Below, in pieces: positions 22,701 to 35,969 of a stretch of DNA of 64,000 bases. Made by a program: the position numbers and the translations under genes. The notes beneath the pieces are model-generated. The model searched no databases, was not told where the DNA came from, and saw only the letters and a program-made list of their open reading frames with translations. The stretch is from Octopus sinensis. Taxonomy: Eukaryota. The stretch lies in NCBI RefSeq assembly GCF_006345805.1, contig NC_043003.1, forward strand, positions 93,496,001 to 93,560,000. Reading direction: 5' to 3'. How positions within the stretch are numbered: position 1 is the stretch's first letter; each line of letters begins with the position of its first letter.

Positions 22701-23212
22701 TTATAATGTGTGCATTATGTGGTCGGTTGAGCTGAAAATATGCACACCTATGTTAAAAATGCTGGCGAGTTTGCATGGCAACTATTTTTTTCCTCAAATG
22801 AAAGGACAAAATTCCTCATCTTTTAAAATGTGGCCGATTACACCCGAACGAAATCGGCTTAGATTAACCAAACAAGTAAAACAATGAAAAACTATGCCAT
22901 TTTAATCCAAGTAAGGTCGGGTATCTCTGCAGGTCTACGACATATTTGTGAAAAGGGCAGACGTTTTCTCACAAGCAGTTATACAGGCAAAGTGTTAGTA
23001 AATATGGTTGGATTCAGTTGAAAATTTGCACACCTATGTTAAAAGTCCTGGCGAGTTTGCATGCTCAATTGAAAGGTATGGTCTCTAGGGAAAAATTCCT
23101 CATCTTTAAAGTGTGGCCCGCGTAGACCCGAATGAAATCGAGTTATAATACCGAAACAAATAAAACAATGATAAACTATTTTAATCCCGAGCAATACCGG
23201 GTTTCTCTGCTA
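21954..23212 (+). mobile_element. Non-autonomous Helitron with duplicated 3' end
   Basis: A|TC start. The ~200-bp terminal block occurs twice (~22720-22932 and ~23005-23212), the last with a CCCGAGCAATACCGGG hairpin. Confidence 0.65.
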
Positions 23213-23954
23213 TCTATATATATATATATAAAAGAGGCTTTGGGTCAAAATTGTGTGCACATTTTGCTACGTCAGAGGTTGGCGGCCACACCAGTGGTCA
23301 GATCGAGCTGAAAATTGACACAGGCATAGAAGGCGTGATGAGGCAGAGTTGACTAGGTTAAAACTCACCATCTGGAGAGATGCGGTTGCTATGGTGAGAA
23401 GATTCAAGGGGGCTCTAAGCCCCTCCAGATTGGCGCGATTGGCATCTAATCCTATCTATAAAATGAAGAAGGCGAACGTAGACACAGATTGGATTTTTAT
23501 GTAAAAAGGGGTCTAAATAGGACTGGAAGGGGATTCATATTTATAGGAGGGGTAACTTGAGGGGGAAAATTGATTGGGAAACGTTTTGTGGCGCTACAGT
23601 GGTTGCTTTGGTGTGAAACTGGGATTTTATTGATTTTGGGGGACACTTGGTGGTCTAGATCGGACACTTTTTGCCCGATTGCAATCAAATTTTTAACATG
23701 GTAAAGTGAAAGCGGATTTGTAATTTAAACGCGGAAATCTAATTTTTTTATAAATGGCAGAGAGATAGATAGAGAAAGATAAAGAGTAAGAGAAAGCGAG
23801 GGAAAGTCCGAGAGAAAGGAAGAGTAAGAGAGTGGGAAAATGAGAAAGGATAGAGAAACAAAGAGGGAGAATGTGGCGGTAAGAAACAGAAAGGAAGCAA
23901 CAGAAAGTAACAACCACAACCTCACCCGCGCGTAGAGCGGGTCACCTTAAGCTA

Positions 23955-23955
<1 letters not shown>
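23213..23955 (+). mobile_element. Non-autonomous Helitron
   Basis: TCTATATA...AAAAG start, CCCGC-GCGTAGA-GCGGG hairpin, CTAG|T end. Confidence 0.8.
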
Positions 23956-24023
<68 letters not shown>

Positions 24024-24548
24024 TAAATAAAAGGTGTTTCGCTTATTAATAATTGAACAATTAAACCAGTTACTGTTTGGGGCTGGAGGAGTCGGAATAA
24101 TAAAAGAATAGAATGTATAAAAAGCATTGTAAACGCTCCTCTACGCCTTCACATCTGATGATGACGGCGCCATGTATTTATGTACATGTGTGTTTGTGTT
24201 TGTGTTTCTCCTCCATCTCTTGACAGCAAATGTTGGTTTCTCTAAATCCCCGTAACTTAGCGGTTCGGCGAAAGAAAAATAAAGGAATAAGGAAGTAAGA
24301 ATTTCTGGTGTCGATTTGTTCTACTAAAACACCAATATGGTCGCAGTCAAAGGACTAAAACAAGTAAAAAATATACGAATTGACCAGCATAATCGTAAAA
24401 AATAATTTCTCGCGTTGACTCGAGAAATCAAAACTACTTAAATGGTATATGCAGTAACTTCTGAGAGCCAATAGTTCTCTTGGCTTTTCTCTGGAGTAAT
24501 TTGTAATTAACACCTTGCATAATATTGGTTGAACAATTCTTTTTTATA

Positions 24549-25075
24549 TACAACCGATATCCGGCAGGCTTGGAGACGTAAGTGTCCTGGATTTCTGAAT
24601 TTTCCGGTTTCTGAAGAAATGGTAAATATATATTTGAAATATAAAATAAACCATGTAAAGTAAATAGCTAAATTGTATTTAACAGATTCAAACTTATACG
24701 CTCCGAAAGCAGGATCTGTTTGATGTCTATTAATCCCCTTAAAATTATGTTATACTGTATGTTATACAATGTAATCAGCATAAGATTTATAGAACAAAAA
24801 ATTTAAAGGAAGAAACGTAAAGATCATTATTTTATTTAACAGATATAGTTAGAAACTAGTATAATTCTCAAGGAGAATATGTTGAACCTTAATCAGTCCA
24901 CTAAAGGAAGTAAAGTACATAACTACTTTTAACACACCGTATGCAATTAAACAAAGGAAGTGGTCTATTTACTCAATACAGGGTACAATATATTACACAG
25001 TACTGCACAATATTCTCGGGTTTCTGGAAATTCCGGATTTCTGGAAGTCGGATGAGAGGTCCGGTACAGCAGTTA
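24549..25075. mobile_element. Possible old pogo/Tigger-like MITE
   Basis: Subterminal CCGGATTTCTG(G)AA repeats at both ends; TIRs degenerate. Confidence 0.4.
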
Positions 25076-25501
25076 ATCATTTATTTAGTTATCATAACAT
25101 CATTTTATGGCAAATAGCATCGTCGTTCACAGGTTTCTAGAAGGTTCGAACTCTGGCTCGCTGGTTCACTGTGTTTTTTACGACAAGAGTAACAAGGGAT
25201 TGCTCGAGCAACTCAGGCGAAGCAAATATTATAAAAGGGAACTTTCTTTCGAAAGTTTATAGTTTTTTTCACCGATTTACATCACAGATACGTTTACATG
25301 TATACGTATGTATATATTTATGTGATTGTGTGTATTCGTGTGTGTGTTTCTGTGTAAGTGTTTGTGTGTGTGTATGTATTTGTGTGTAGGTATGTTTGTG
25401 TGTATAGCTATACATGTATATATATGCATGTATATGAGTATATATGTACATACATATATAGCATTATTTGTTTATTCCAAAATGTTATTTGTTTATATCA
25501 A

Positions 25502-25599
<98 letters not shown>

Positions 25600-27924
25600 G
25601 TATCTAATGTAAACAACACTCATATCTATCTGTATACAAGCATACATATTCACGTAATATCAAAATACAATTCGCACATGCATTACCGATAGCAATGAGA
25701 AGGCCACGGAACAGAATATTTTTGAGAAGGCTGCTGTATTTTTTCCCCCTCTTTAAATGAGTTTTCCATATTGTTTTTAAAGAAATTTGATAGTTTCTTT
25801 TGTGTGTGCTTGTTGGTATCAAGTGTACGATTAAGACAGAAACAAAGATGATATTTCTGATGTCTCCAGTGAATGTATTTCAGTTTGAAAAGGATTTTAC
25901 TAAAGCTAATTCTATGTATGTATGTATGTATGTATGTATGTATGTATGTATGTATGTATGTATGTATGTATGTATGTATGTATGTATTGTTTATGGCACT
26001 TGATTCTGTTTGGATAAGGTTATTATGTAACCTCATTGTTATTGCTTTCAACCCAGTTGTTTGTTTAATACGGTGTCTTGTTCTGCTGACGCGCGAACGT
26101 ACAGTAAGAGATATGCTTTCAATAAGCCCTGCCATAGACGCGGTTTCGATTCTCAATTGAATCCATTTTATTTAATTTTTGTTGCTGACGCCCTTATTAA
26201 AAGAATGAACGCTACAATATTGCATTCCTTTCATTTCTAAATAAGAATCAGTGAATTTAATAAGTTATCTGATCTTGTAAAGGAATGGCGGAGCAACCGA
26301 CGAGTTGTGGCTATATCGCAGTTTCATTTTCGTTTGAACGCCATTTATACTTTGGTTCTGTCGCTGATTGCTTTGGATAAAGTACAATTGTTACAACTAC
26401 CCCTTAACTTTTAACTGAACTGGGGTTCCTTAAATAATTCCAGAACAAAAAATATAACTGATAATTGAATTCAAAACTTTCTCTTCCCTGAGACAAAAAG
26501 ACTGTCATGTAATATGAGATGCCTTTTCTCCTCGCGGCATACAAACTTGTTCAAATTAACCAATTTTGTTGCATAACATTTGCTGATATACACCTACACC
26601 GTTTATTTTTCCCCGAGTTCTGCTTGTTTATACGTGTTATAACTGATGACGAGCATGATATTGTAAAATGAACTTAATGGTGGCCCTTACCTTAGATAAT
26701 GAGAAAGGTATGGACGTCACGCAATTTTCTCTCAAAATTTTCTCCTATAAATATCTAGTTTCGTGCTTTAAAAACATAATTGTTCTGTGATGCCCTTAAG
26801 TACATTTTCTCCCAATTTCCTGAAACTTTTCAACGAATATTGAGAAATAACATTTCAGAAAGAACAGTAGAAGGAAGTTGGTACTCTCTCAAGGTCATTT
26901 TAATAATAGATATGACAATAAATTGGTTTCAGCTAAAGATACAAATCAGGTCACGGATTTAGTTCACCGAGAAAATATCACCCACTGTGCAAACGCACCC
27001 AGTTCTGATGGAGAAGACTAAATGATCAATGGTGTTCAAGCTGCAGTCATTCGGTCTTACTTTTCATAAGATGAAAGGACTATGGGGTGTATCATGAAAG
27101 ACACCGTGACAGATCCAGTGAGAGGAGACGGATGAATCAAGCCGTCTTGGTTGTGAAGTTGTATGTGTTTAGTAGTGAATCTAGAAGATTAAATATTTAA
27201 TTTCAGATAAATACTGATTAACAAATTCAATAAATGTGAAAATGAAAGTAAAAACTTCCAGCAACTTCCAGTCCAGTCACGTGCAAAGACTTTAGGTAAC
27301 TCAAATCAAGCCTCTTAATGCTGATACCAGAAATCGTAGATATGTTGAGACATTATAAGTAGGATGGCTCAAATATAAATTGTAATTGGTCACAAACTCG
27401 ACTTGGTTAGGACATAACAGCCCTCAGTGGTACACTTAAATTTCTTTGACATATGTAAATGCGAAGATGTGAACATATATAAACAAGAAATACATTTCCA
27501 AATAACTGAAGCAGAAAAATGGTTTTGATTGTTGGCTAATCAACTTTCTTTCACTCTTATAAGAAAACGCATACATTTAAACTGGCCCGCTGTCGATTTT
27601 GACGACGAGGATTCCAGTTGATCTGAACAACAGAACACTGCTTGTAAAATTAACGCGTAAGTGTCTGATCACTGCACTAACACGTATACCCTTCACGTAG
27701 TTCTCCGGGAGATTCAGAGTGACACAAAGGGTGACAAAGCTGGCCCTTTAAAATAGAGATACTACTCATTTTTTTTCGTTAACTGGACGGGAGCAACATG
27801 AAATAAATTGTCTTGTTCAAGGACACAATGAGCCGCCAGGTATTGAACTCACGACCTTACGATTGTGAGTCTAATAACCTAACCACTAAGCCACGCGCCT
27901 TCACATATATGCATACAAACATAC

Positions 27925-28560
27925 ATGTATCTAGGGGTGGATGAAAACATACCTTACAATGGCACCTGTAACAAAACACGTGTCACTAAAGAATATTACA
28001 GCCGAATAAGGAATATTTGGATCTCAGAACTCTCTGCATTCAATGAAACAGTGGATTACTATTTGTTTGAAGTGCCAGTACGCATACCAACATTTAGGCT
28101 GCTTGATTGGACGCTTGGTTAAATTCGAGCCATTGATGTGAAAACCCGGAAGATACTAACAAGCACACATAATTTCCGCATAAACAGTGACGTAGACCGC
28201 CTCTACCTAAACGAAAACAAGGCGGCAGAGGATTAACATCAATCGAAACTGCCTTTGAATGTCGAATCATATCACTTTGGCAACATCTTTTAACCACCAA
28301 GTATCGAAGTGCATCCCTTGACCAAATTTGCATACATAAAACTGATAACATCATAAGACTAGGAAGGTAGCTCCTTGAGCAGCATTCCTTCTCTGATAAC
28401 CTTAAATACATGCTCAAAGAAGTCGCACGACTCTACTGCAACGCATCATCAGATGAAAGGATGAGCGTATATGAACAGAAGACCATGCATGGATATGTTA
28501 GTAGAAAGCTCTGAAATGATAGTAACAATGATCATCAAAACAGTCTTTCATGGACCAACA
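27925..28560 (+). pseudogene. R4/Dong RT and thumb fragment
   Basis: YLGVDEN...EYYSRIRNIW.SELSA.N...LLDWT...IDVKTRKILT...SDVDRLYL.RKQGGRGL, with stops and frameshifts. Confidence 0.85.
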
Positions 28561-30400
28561 ATGGGCGTGTTCGACAGTGCTGACGTGTATGAACTTGATG
28601 GTTTCTTCGTCAAAGATTTACTAAAAATTAAGCCCCATTCCACTAACTTTGGCCTCTACAGGGGTGACTTGCTGGCAATATCAAGATGGGCAAATGGCCA
28701 TCACTAGATAATCTTAGAAAGGACTTCACCAGCACCATGAATTCACTCAGACTGAAGGCCACGATAGAAACCAACCAGAAAACGGTGGATTTCCTTGATG
28801 TGACCATGGACTTGGAGTACGGTGCCTATAGATCCTTTAGGAAACCAGATGCAAAGCTAGCATATATTAACACAGGTTCGTCATCCAGCCATAGTTTCAA
28901 GAACCTAGTAAAGGGCGTCAATAGAAGAATCTCCAACTTATCCTCAAACAAAGAGATTTTTTATGTTTCCACCCCGTAGTAGAATGAGGCTCTGGCTGCC
29001 AGCGGTTTCAAGGATAGCATTAGTTACACGCTAGATCCTAAACCATCCAAGAGAAAGTGCCACCGAAGAGTGTTGTGGTTCACACCGCCCTTCTCTTTAA
29101 GTATCAAAATCTGGGTAGGTAATATTTTCCTTAACTTAGTAGACAAGCACTTCCTCCGTACAAATAGGTTCAGCAAAATATTTAATAGATACACCCTGAG
29201 AGTTTCTTTTAGTTGTGCATCCATGCAAACAATGTAAAAAAGATTTAAGTGGTTAGACCCACACCTGAGACAGAGGTAGGATTCTTATGTAGGGGTAACA
29301 CATCATGTCCACTGAATGCCCACTGTAATACAGAGACCATCGTATACGAGGCGGAGGTAGCAGTAATAGGGCCAAGTGGGCAACCAAACAAGCGAAAGCA
29401 CATGGCAGCAACAGAAGGCCCCCTTCAGGCCCCACTATAACAGCTGCAAGTCCTCCTTCAGCATCTCGGAGAGACATAACACCACAACCCTGGCCAAACA
29501 CGTGTGGCATAAAGTGGATGATCCTAGAGAAATGTAAAATGTACTTCAATAGCAGCAGGAAGTACAGATTAGGCCTGGCTGAGAAAAGAGCGATTCTAAA
29601 GATATCCCAACACACAGGCATCTACTTGAAGAGCCAAAGTGAAATTTTTAATCCTTGCTCACATGAAAGGAAGTACATCCTATCATACCTGCATACCCCA
29701 TCAAGACTATAATCATCAGCCCCCCCCCCACAACTTCGGCCCTCCATCAACACCTGGGATTGTGGCAAAGAGTTTGACCAGAACATACACAAACGCACCC
29801 ACAAACACACACGCCCTAGCACGGCGAATATCCACCCAATAGATTTTTTCCACCGTCCCCTATATAAGCCCCTACACACATTGTACCTCTACACACACCA
29901 TATGCATACATAAATACCCTAAGAGTTTAACCAAAGCATAAAAGAAAGAAAACACACTAGCAAACACAGACATGTTACCCCTACCCGCATAGGCTATACA
30001 TACGGTACCACTTTACACATTCCGTTTTCACAAGAACATCAATCTTAAAGATGTACACTTTTCCCATAAACTCTTTTCCAGAAATCTCTTGCCAACTTGC
30101 AACAAAACCATCACCAGGGATGATGTTTTTGATACCAAGCGACATAACACTTAGCCTAACTCCTGCTCGATTTGTTTCCTCATCTTTTTCACAGCACACA
30201 AACCGAATGTGTCTATTCACCTCCAAAACTAGCGTAGTCACCATATTTCATTCCATAACGGCTACTTCTGAGGAGCGCAGGGTTATATAATTGGACTGTT
30301 ACTTAACACACCGTTGAACCCCTAGTGCGAAACCGATAGGTAAGATCAGCCGTAATGGATATAGAATATTGCATAATCCGATTAATATTTACATACTTGT
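28561..30400 (+). mobile_element. 5'-truncated Penelope-like element, Naiad type (RT, C-terminal GIY-YIG, 3' UTR/pseudo-LTR)
   Basis: MGVFDSADVYEL, GLYRGD, VDFLDVTMDL, RRISNLSSNKEIF, WFTPPFS, DKHF, KIFNRYTLRVSFSC, C....SCPL..HC...IVYEA.V, L.LAEK..IL and C.H. Hammerhead downstream. Confidence 0.88.
30253..30358 (+). ncRNA. Type-I hammerhead ribozyme in PLE pseudo-LTR
   Basis: CTGAGGA at 30268; stem II gcgc-aggg / ccct-a-gtgc; GAAA cc-gata-gg TA; distal stem I acggct/agccgt and ccat/atgg. Confidence 0.8.
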
Positions 30401-31564
30401 TTTCAGACTTTAAGGCAGCTTTGTTTCATACGTTCTGAATTATATTAAGCTTAGCTTTCATAAGTCTCAAGTTACTCTGTTGGTTGAGAAAAGATGGATA
30501 TCTGTTTCATATATGATACATGAATGACAGGGAAATATGTCGAGGGTTAATTGTTTAACAAGATCCTTTTGGTAGCCAGTCTGGAGCTGAGGAAAGTAGG
30601 TACTATCGTTGATTCAGTGAACAGAGCTCCTCTCTAGCTATAAGAGAAGTGATAGCTTTCTTCTTAGGGTCATATCTACTGAACTGAATTACTGATAACA
30701 TCCTTCAGTGACCGCCTTAAGTTTTTGGTTATTAGGCCAACAGTAGCTGCCGTCAGCTAGGGTTCAAGAGCAGATACTGCAGAGATGTTTAAAGGGCTTT
30801 TTCTTTCAACAAGGGCCGGGAAAGTGCTTCACTGTGGAAAATTGACGGACTTGGTGATATGTCATACACATCCTGGATCTGAAATCTGATGGGTTTGATC
30901 CCAGCCCTCTAGAGATCCAATCAAGTGACGTTCCTCTGCTGTATGTTGACCCATCTTGTACAAGATCCTTATTGCTGAGCGTCACCATCCTGCTTACCCG
31001 AACTTCCTCCACAACAGCATAAACTCTTTGAAGGAAATGTTATCACTCCTTTTTGTCTGACGTTGTATTTGCTTATGCATGCTGCCCATATGAGGTGCAT
31101 CTTCAGAACTGCACCTATAGTGTCTACCATAAGACGATTAACCATGATTTCATAATGATGTTAATTACCAGTTAAAGGGGCAAGACGCTAATAAATGTTA
31201 GGATGTTAATACAGAGGAAATTTTATCTTGGGGTATATGGGTGATTGTTTATAAACAATATTGTTATGTTGTATAAAAATAAAATTTAAGATTATAAAAA
31301 ATGGTATCATAACGAAAATAGGTAATATGTGTGTATATATCAATTATCAACATTAACAAAGAAAGATTACATAAAATCAGTTTAATATTCATTCATGTAC
31401 TTAATTAATTACTTATTAGGTGCTTTCTATAAAGGCTGCTCAGTGCACTTACTTATGGAATACCCGAAAGATAAACATACAATCTATATATTAATTATAA
31501 GCCAAGAATCAGAAAAAATAAAGATGTGTACAGAGACACACACATATTTATATATATATGCGCA

Positions 31565-31850
31565 CATGCACACATACACATACACAAATATTTATATCTT
31601 TACATGGATATGGTATAACCATCTCGCATAGACTTAAGTAACTGAAAAGTATCTATTTACGAACAAGAAAAATAACAATTTATAAGAGATAAGACATTAA
31701 TAGGTTATGCACATATATGCATATATACACATATACAAATATTTTTACGTTTATATGGATATAGTATAACCCTCTCGCATAGACCTAAGTAGCTGAAAAA
31801 TCTCTATTTAAGAACAGTAACAATTTTAAGGGATAAGAGGTTAATAGGTA
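31565..31850. repeat. Diverged ~150-bp tandem duplication
   Basis: ATGGATATRGTATAACC.TCTCGCATAGAC.TAAGTA.CTGAAAA occurs near 31604 and near 31756. Confidence 0.8.
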
Positions 31851-32425
31851 AGGATATCAAAATAAGAAAACATGATAATAAGAATTTATAGAAAATAAGA
31901 AATATATATAACCTATATTTAAAGAGACAGGGTATTAAAATTTGAGGTAGGGAAGATATAAAGGTAACCCGAAAAGCGGAGGCAGTAGGTATGGGTATAG
32001 TAAGGGCAGTTAGAGGTATTCAGACCGAAGAGATCTTATAAATTTTTATGCTACAGGTGTTATTAAATATATGATTTTATAGTTTCTAGGGGGTATATAA
32101 TTAGAATACTTACTTACATAAAAGCCATTACAAATATACATATGATCAGACATCATAGAAAGGAAATAAAAGAAAAAATAGTTTAATCACCAAAAATATG
32201 ATGAAGTCAGACTAACTAGGGAGGAGTTATCATGGGATAGTAATTACATATAGCACACCACATACCATAACATATAGCTTATAACATATGCAATGCAACT
32301 TAATTCACCATATAACATAATATCCCATGATTTTATTATATTAAATACTAGAGGGTAAGTTTAAAAAAGATGCGACACCAAAATTGATTTCAACCACCAA
32401 AGTTCAAGTATGGCACCTATAATCG

Positions 32426-32859
32426 CTAATTTCGAAAGTACTTAAATATACGGGTGACGCTATGCACGCATGATACCCTTAGGTGTAATCTATTATTAAT
32501 CAGGTTGTTATTGTCCCTATACTTAAAAATCTCATAAGTTTCCATAGAGTACGGCTCACACCCGTATCGACTATTTCTATAAGGCCACGTTTTCCGTATT
32601 ATATCCCATTTAAGGCTAATTTCGATCCCGCTTTCCTTCATTTCCCAAATCTTGCTAGATAAGGACGTAAAATTGGCTTTATGTTTGAGTCTAAAAGATG
32701 GAAAATGGTTATTGATACGTTTTTTCATATTTATCGAACATCCTATATATATAAAGTTACCAATCTCTACGTTTTGGATTAGACATCGGCCTAATAACGG
32801 ACAGTGGGATTTAACTCTACAATTGTAACCAGGAGCATTACTACTATTAATATCACTGA

Positions 32860-32920
<61 letters not shown>

Positions 32921-33188
32921 CCTACTACTACTATCGTATGTGTTATTTTTATCTCTGTTATTATTTATACTTCCTTCAACTGTAGTATCATTCAAATTCA
33001 TCTCAGCATCAACGGGCATTGTATCAGTAATCCCTGTGCTAGTATAAACCGCGGAGTTACAGTCTATATTGTACATATTAGATATGTTAGTACTGTTGTT
33101 TCTAATTCCTACATCACCATTAATATTATTTTCCTTGTAGGGGCTTAAACTAGTGTTGACAATATTATTATTATCATTATTATTATTA

Positions 33189-33220
<32 letters not shown>

Positions 33221-33239
33221 TATTATTATTATTATTATA

Positions 33240-33287
<48 letters not shown>

Positions 33288-33291
33288 GTTG

Positions 33292-33353
<62 letters not shown>

Positions 33354-33720
33354 CCCTCTGCCAATTTTATATTCTTTATATTTAATCTGGCTATGATGGT
33401 ACCCATATTGGGAAGGTTAGAATACGAGATTCTAACTGTCTTACGGGAAAATATTCCGTTATATCTATGGGAGGCAGGGAAATTTTTTCCAAATTGCCAT
33501 AAATGCCTTATATATGCTTGTGGATATGGCACAGTTGAAGGGACCGTTACACCAGACCAAATCATTATTTTCAGACCTCTTACGTATGTAAAGACGGATT
33601 CTACCTGCTCTTTCAACGCCTTCCAAAATCGCGACTTGATTATTAAATATGGCTATATATTAGTATTTTTCTTATCAACAGCGACAACATGAATTTCTTC
33701 CATCTTCATGCTCTGTTAAA
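32426..33720 (-). mobile_element. Second Naiad-type PLE fragment (thumb, (AAT)n-expanded linker, GIY-YIG endonuclease)
   Basis: KNFPASHRYNGIFSRKTVRISYS.LPNM, YNCRVKSHCPLLGRCL, YIG.S...KKRINNH..SF, TSLSSKIW.MK and KWDII. Confidence 0.85.
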
Positions 33721-33774
33721 GTATTTGAGAAAAATTATATTAATGTGTCCAACTGGTTAAAATTCTATTTATTT

Positions 33775-33862
33775 GTGCAGCTGATGATAGCACTGCATTT
33801 AAATTGATTTAATGATTGTATTGTTCAATTAAATGGAGCCGCTTGAAACGGTCGTACTGCAT
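33775..33862 (+). ncRNA. Type-I hammerhead ribozyme in an inverted pseudo-LTR segment
   Basis: gtgcag CTGATGA [agc..catttaaattga...tcaattaaatg..gct] GAAA c-ggtc-g TA ctgcat. Core intact, 6-bp stem I. Confidence 0.82.
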
Positions 33863-33966
33863 TACTTCATGATATCCTGTTGCTTATATTGATTTTACAT
33901 GTATATATGTATACATTCATACACACACACACACGCACAAGCACACACACACATTACACACACACA

Positions 33967-34030
<64 letters not shown>

Positions 34031-35464
34031 GTTGTAATGTGTGTAGTTGTGAATGAAAAAATGTATAGAGTTCTTTTTTATGATCTATATGTTCATCATG
34101 TGGATTAATATGATTTCCATTAAATGAAATGAAGCGTTTTGTAGAACAGAGATTATCACTTCTGGCTGTATCATCTTGGTATAAAAGAAAATGGTGGGTG
34201 GGATTCAGTTAGAATGTTATCGGTCAATTGATCACGGTTGATTCAGGGGGAAAAAATCCCAGCAAAATGAATAACTACCGCGGCCTACATCGCTCTTTAG
34301 TTACATTATATCACCAAAGCTTGATTTCGTATTTACTTCTATCACATTCGTGACTATGATCCCTAATATTTTCTCTTTGGACTAACTTCAGTTATAGCTC
34401 AAGTCGCAAGTTTTATTCTTCCAGAAATGAATAAAAACTAAAGCAAATGAGAAATATTAAGTGCTTCAGTTTACGAATTTATAGGATTCTAAAAGGTTGT
34501 TCGGGTAATTATCTATCCACAACATCAGTAGAGGTATCTATTTTGTCTTCAACAGTTCAAATTCTGCCGAGGTCGACTTTGCCTTTCATACCTTTTGAGA
34601 TCGATAAAATAAGCACCAGTTTTGAACAGGAGTCGATGTTATCGCCCACCCACCCGAAATTGTTGGCCTTGTACCAAAATTTGAAATCAATATATTGTAT
34701 TACAGAGCATATCTATAGATTTTAGCTCACTCTTTATGTAATAGATAGATGTAGACATCCCGGCTTTATACACAATATCTTCGTCGACACACAAAAAAAG
34801 GTTGGTAGAACTACAAATGATGTTTCTAAGACATAATAGTCAAATAGTAATTTTTTTAAAAAAGCAACTCTGAAGAATAACATGCTGTAACCATTGTTTT
34901 TCGAAATTATCAGTAACTTAATTTAATATGAACCTATAAGAATGATACTGTAGTTGAAAAGTCTGGATTAGCTTCCTTATTTTTCTAAGAGATGTTCGTT
35001 AATGTTTGACAGTAGGTTTCCACAATAGTAAGTCTTTTAAAGAATCCCAAGTGACTAAATGAAAACTGCTTTTAAATTTGTATTTGACGAAATTTTAGAA
35101 CCTTTGCCGTTTAAGAATTTATTGGAAATTTCTGTACAGATGTAAAAGATTAAAGACCCTCTTCGGTCTTGAATGACCATGGGAGTGCACCTTGAAAGTT
35201 TCCCTCCGAGGCACAAGTCCAAGCCAGGTTGTTTATTGAAGACCAACAGTCACCTATGCATATCAGCCTCCCCTCTCCATGCCACCAATGTTATCCATAG
35301 TACTAAGTTTAAAAAATGTTCTAGGGTCGATTCGTTCGACTAAAACCCTTCAAGGCGGTGCTCCTGCATGGCCGCAATCATAATGACTGAAATAGCTAAA
35401 AGAAAAGAAAGAAAAACAAATGAAATTTTGCGGAGCGCTGAAAGCCCTAACCCGAACCCCATAG

Positions 35465-35776
35465 TAGCGGTTCTCAACCGGGAGTCATATGACCCCTAGA
35501 GATCTATATAAGATTTTTAGGGATCCATGCTAGTAAAATAGTAAATCGGGAATCTACAGCAGTATTTTAAGGGCCCATAAAAAATTTTGATTTAAAAGTA
35601 CGTACTTCAAGAAACATCTAGGTTTCTTCCTCCAGCATTGTACATAGTTTAACCTCTACAAGTGAATAAGTTAATAACCAGGCAAGAATTTTGAAAGTAT
35701 CTATAAAATTAGTTCTTAACCACTGTAAGGGGTCCATTGACAAAAAAAAAAAAGAAAGAATGGTTGAGAACCTATA
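35465..35776. mobile_element. hAT (Charlie-like) MITE
   Basis: TIRs TAGCGGTTCTCAACC / GGTTGAGAACC; 8-bp flanks CCCCATAG / CCCTAAAG. Confidence 0.75.
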
Positions 35777-35784
35777 CCCTAAAG

Positions 35785-35969
35785 CAATGCTCCGCAACCT
35801 TTTTTCACTTGCGGTACACTTATATTCTTTTCGAAATTCGGCGGCACACCTGAACTGAAAATATAACTAAAAGTATAGGGAAAAAGTTATATTCAGGTTA
35901 GACTGCGGCACACCTAGCACCGTCTTGTGGCCCACCAGTGTGCCGCAGCATACCGGTTGTAGAGCAGTA
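35785..35969. mobile_element. Second hAT MITE
   Basis: TIRs CAATGCTCCGCAACC / GGTTGTAGAGCAGTA; TSD CCCTAAAG / CCCTAACG. Confidence 0.75.

Noticed and set aside
26641-26680. Hammerhead at CTGATGA (also 3389, 24155 and 40544)
   Set aside because: No correctly placed GAAA/UH with supporting stems.
29270-29330. Selenocysteine-encoding Naiad
   Set aside because: No in-frame TGA at the Cys-motif positions in either Naiad copy, and no SECIS recognised.
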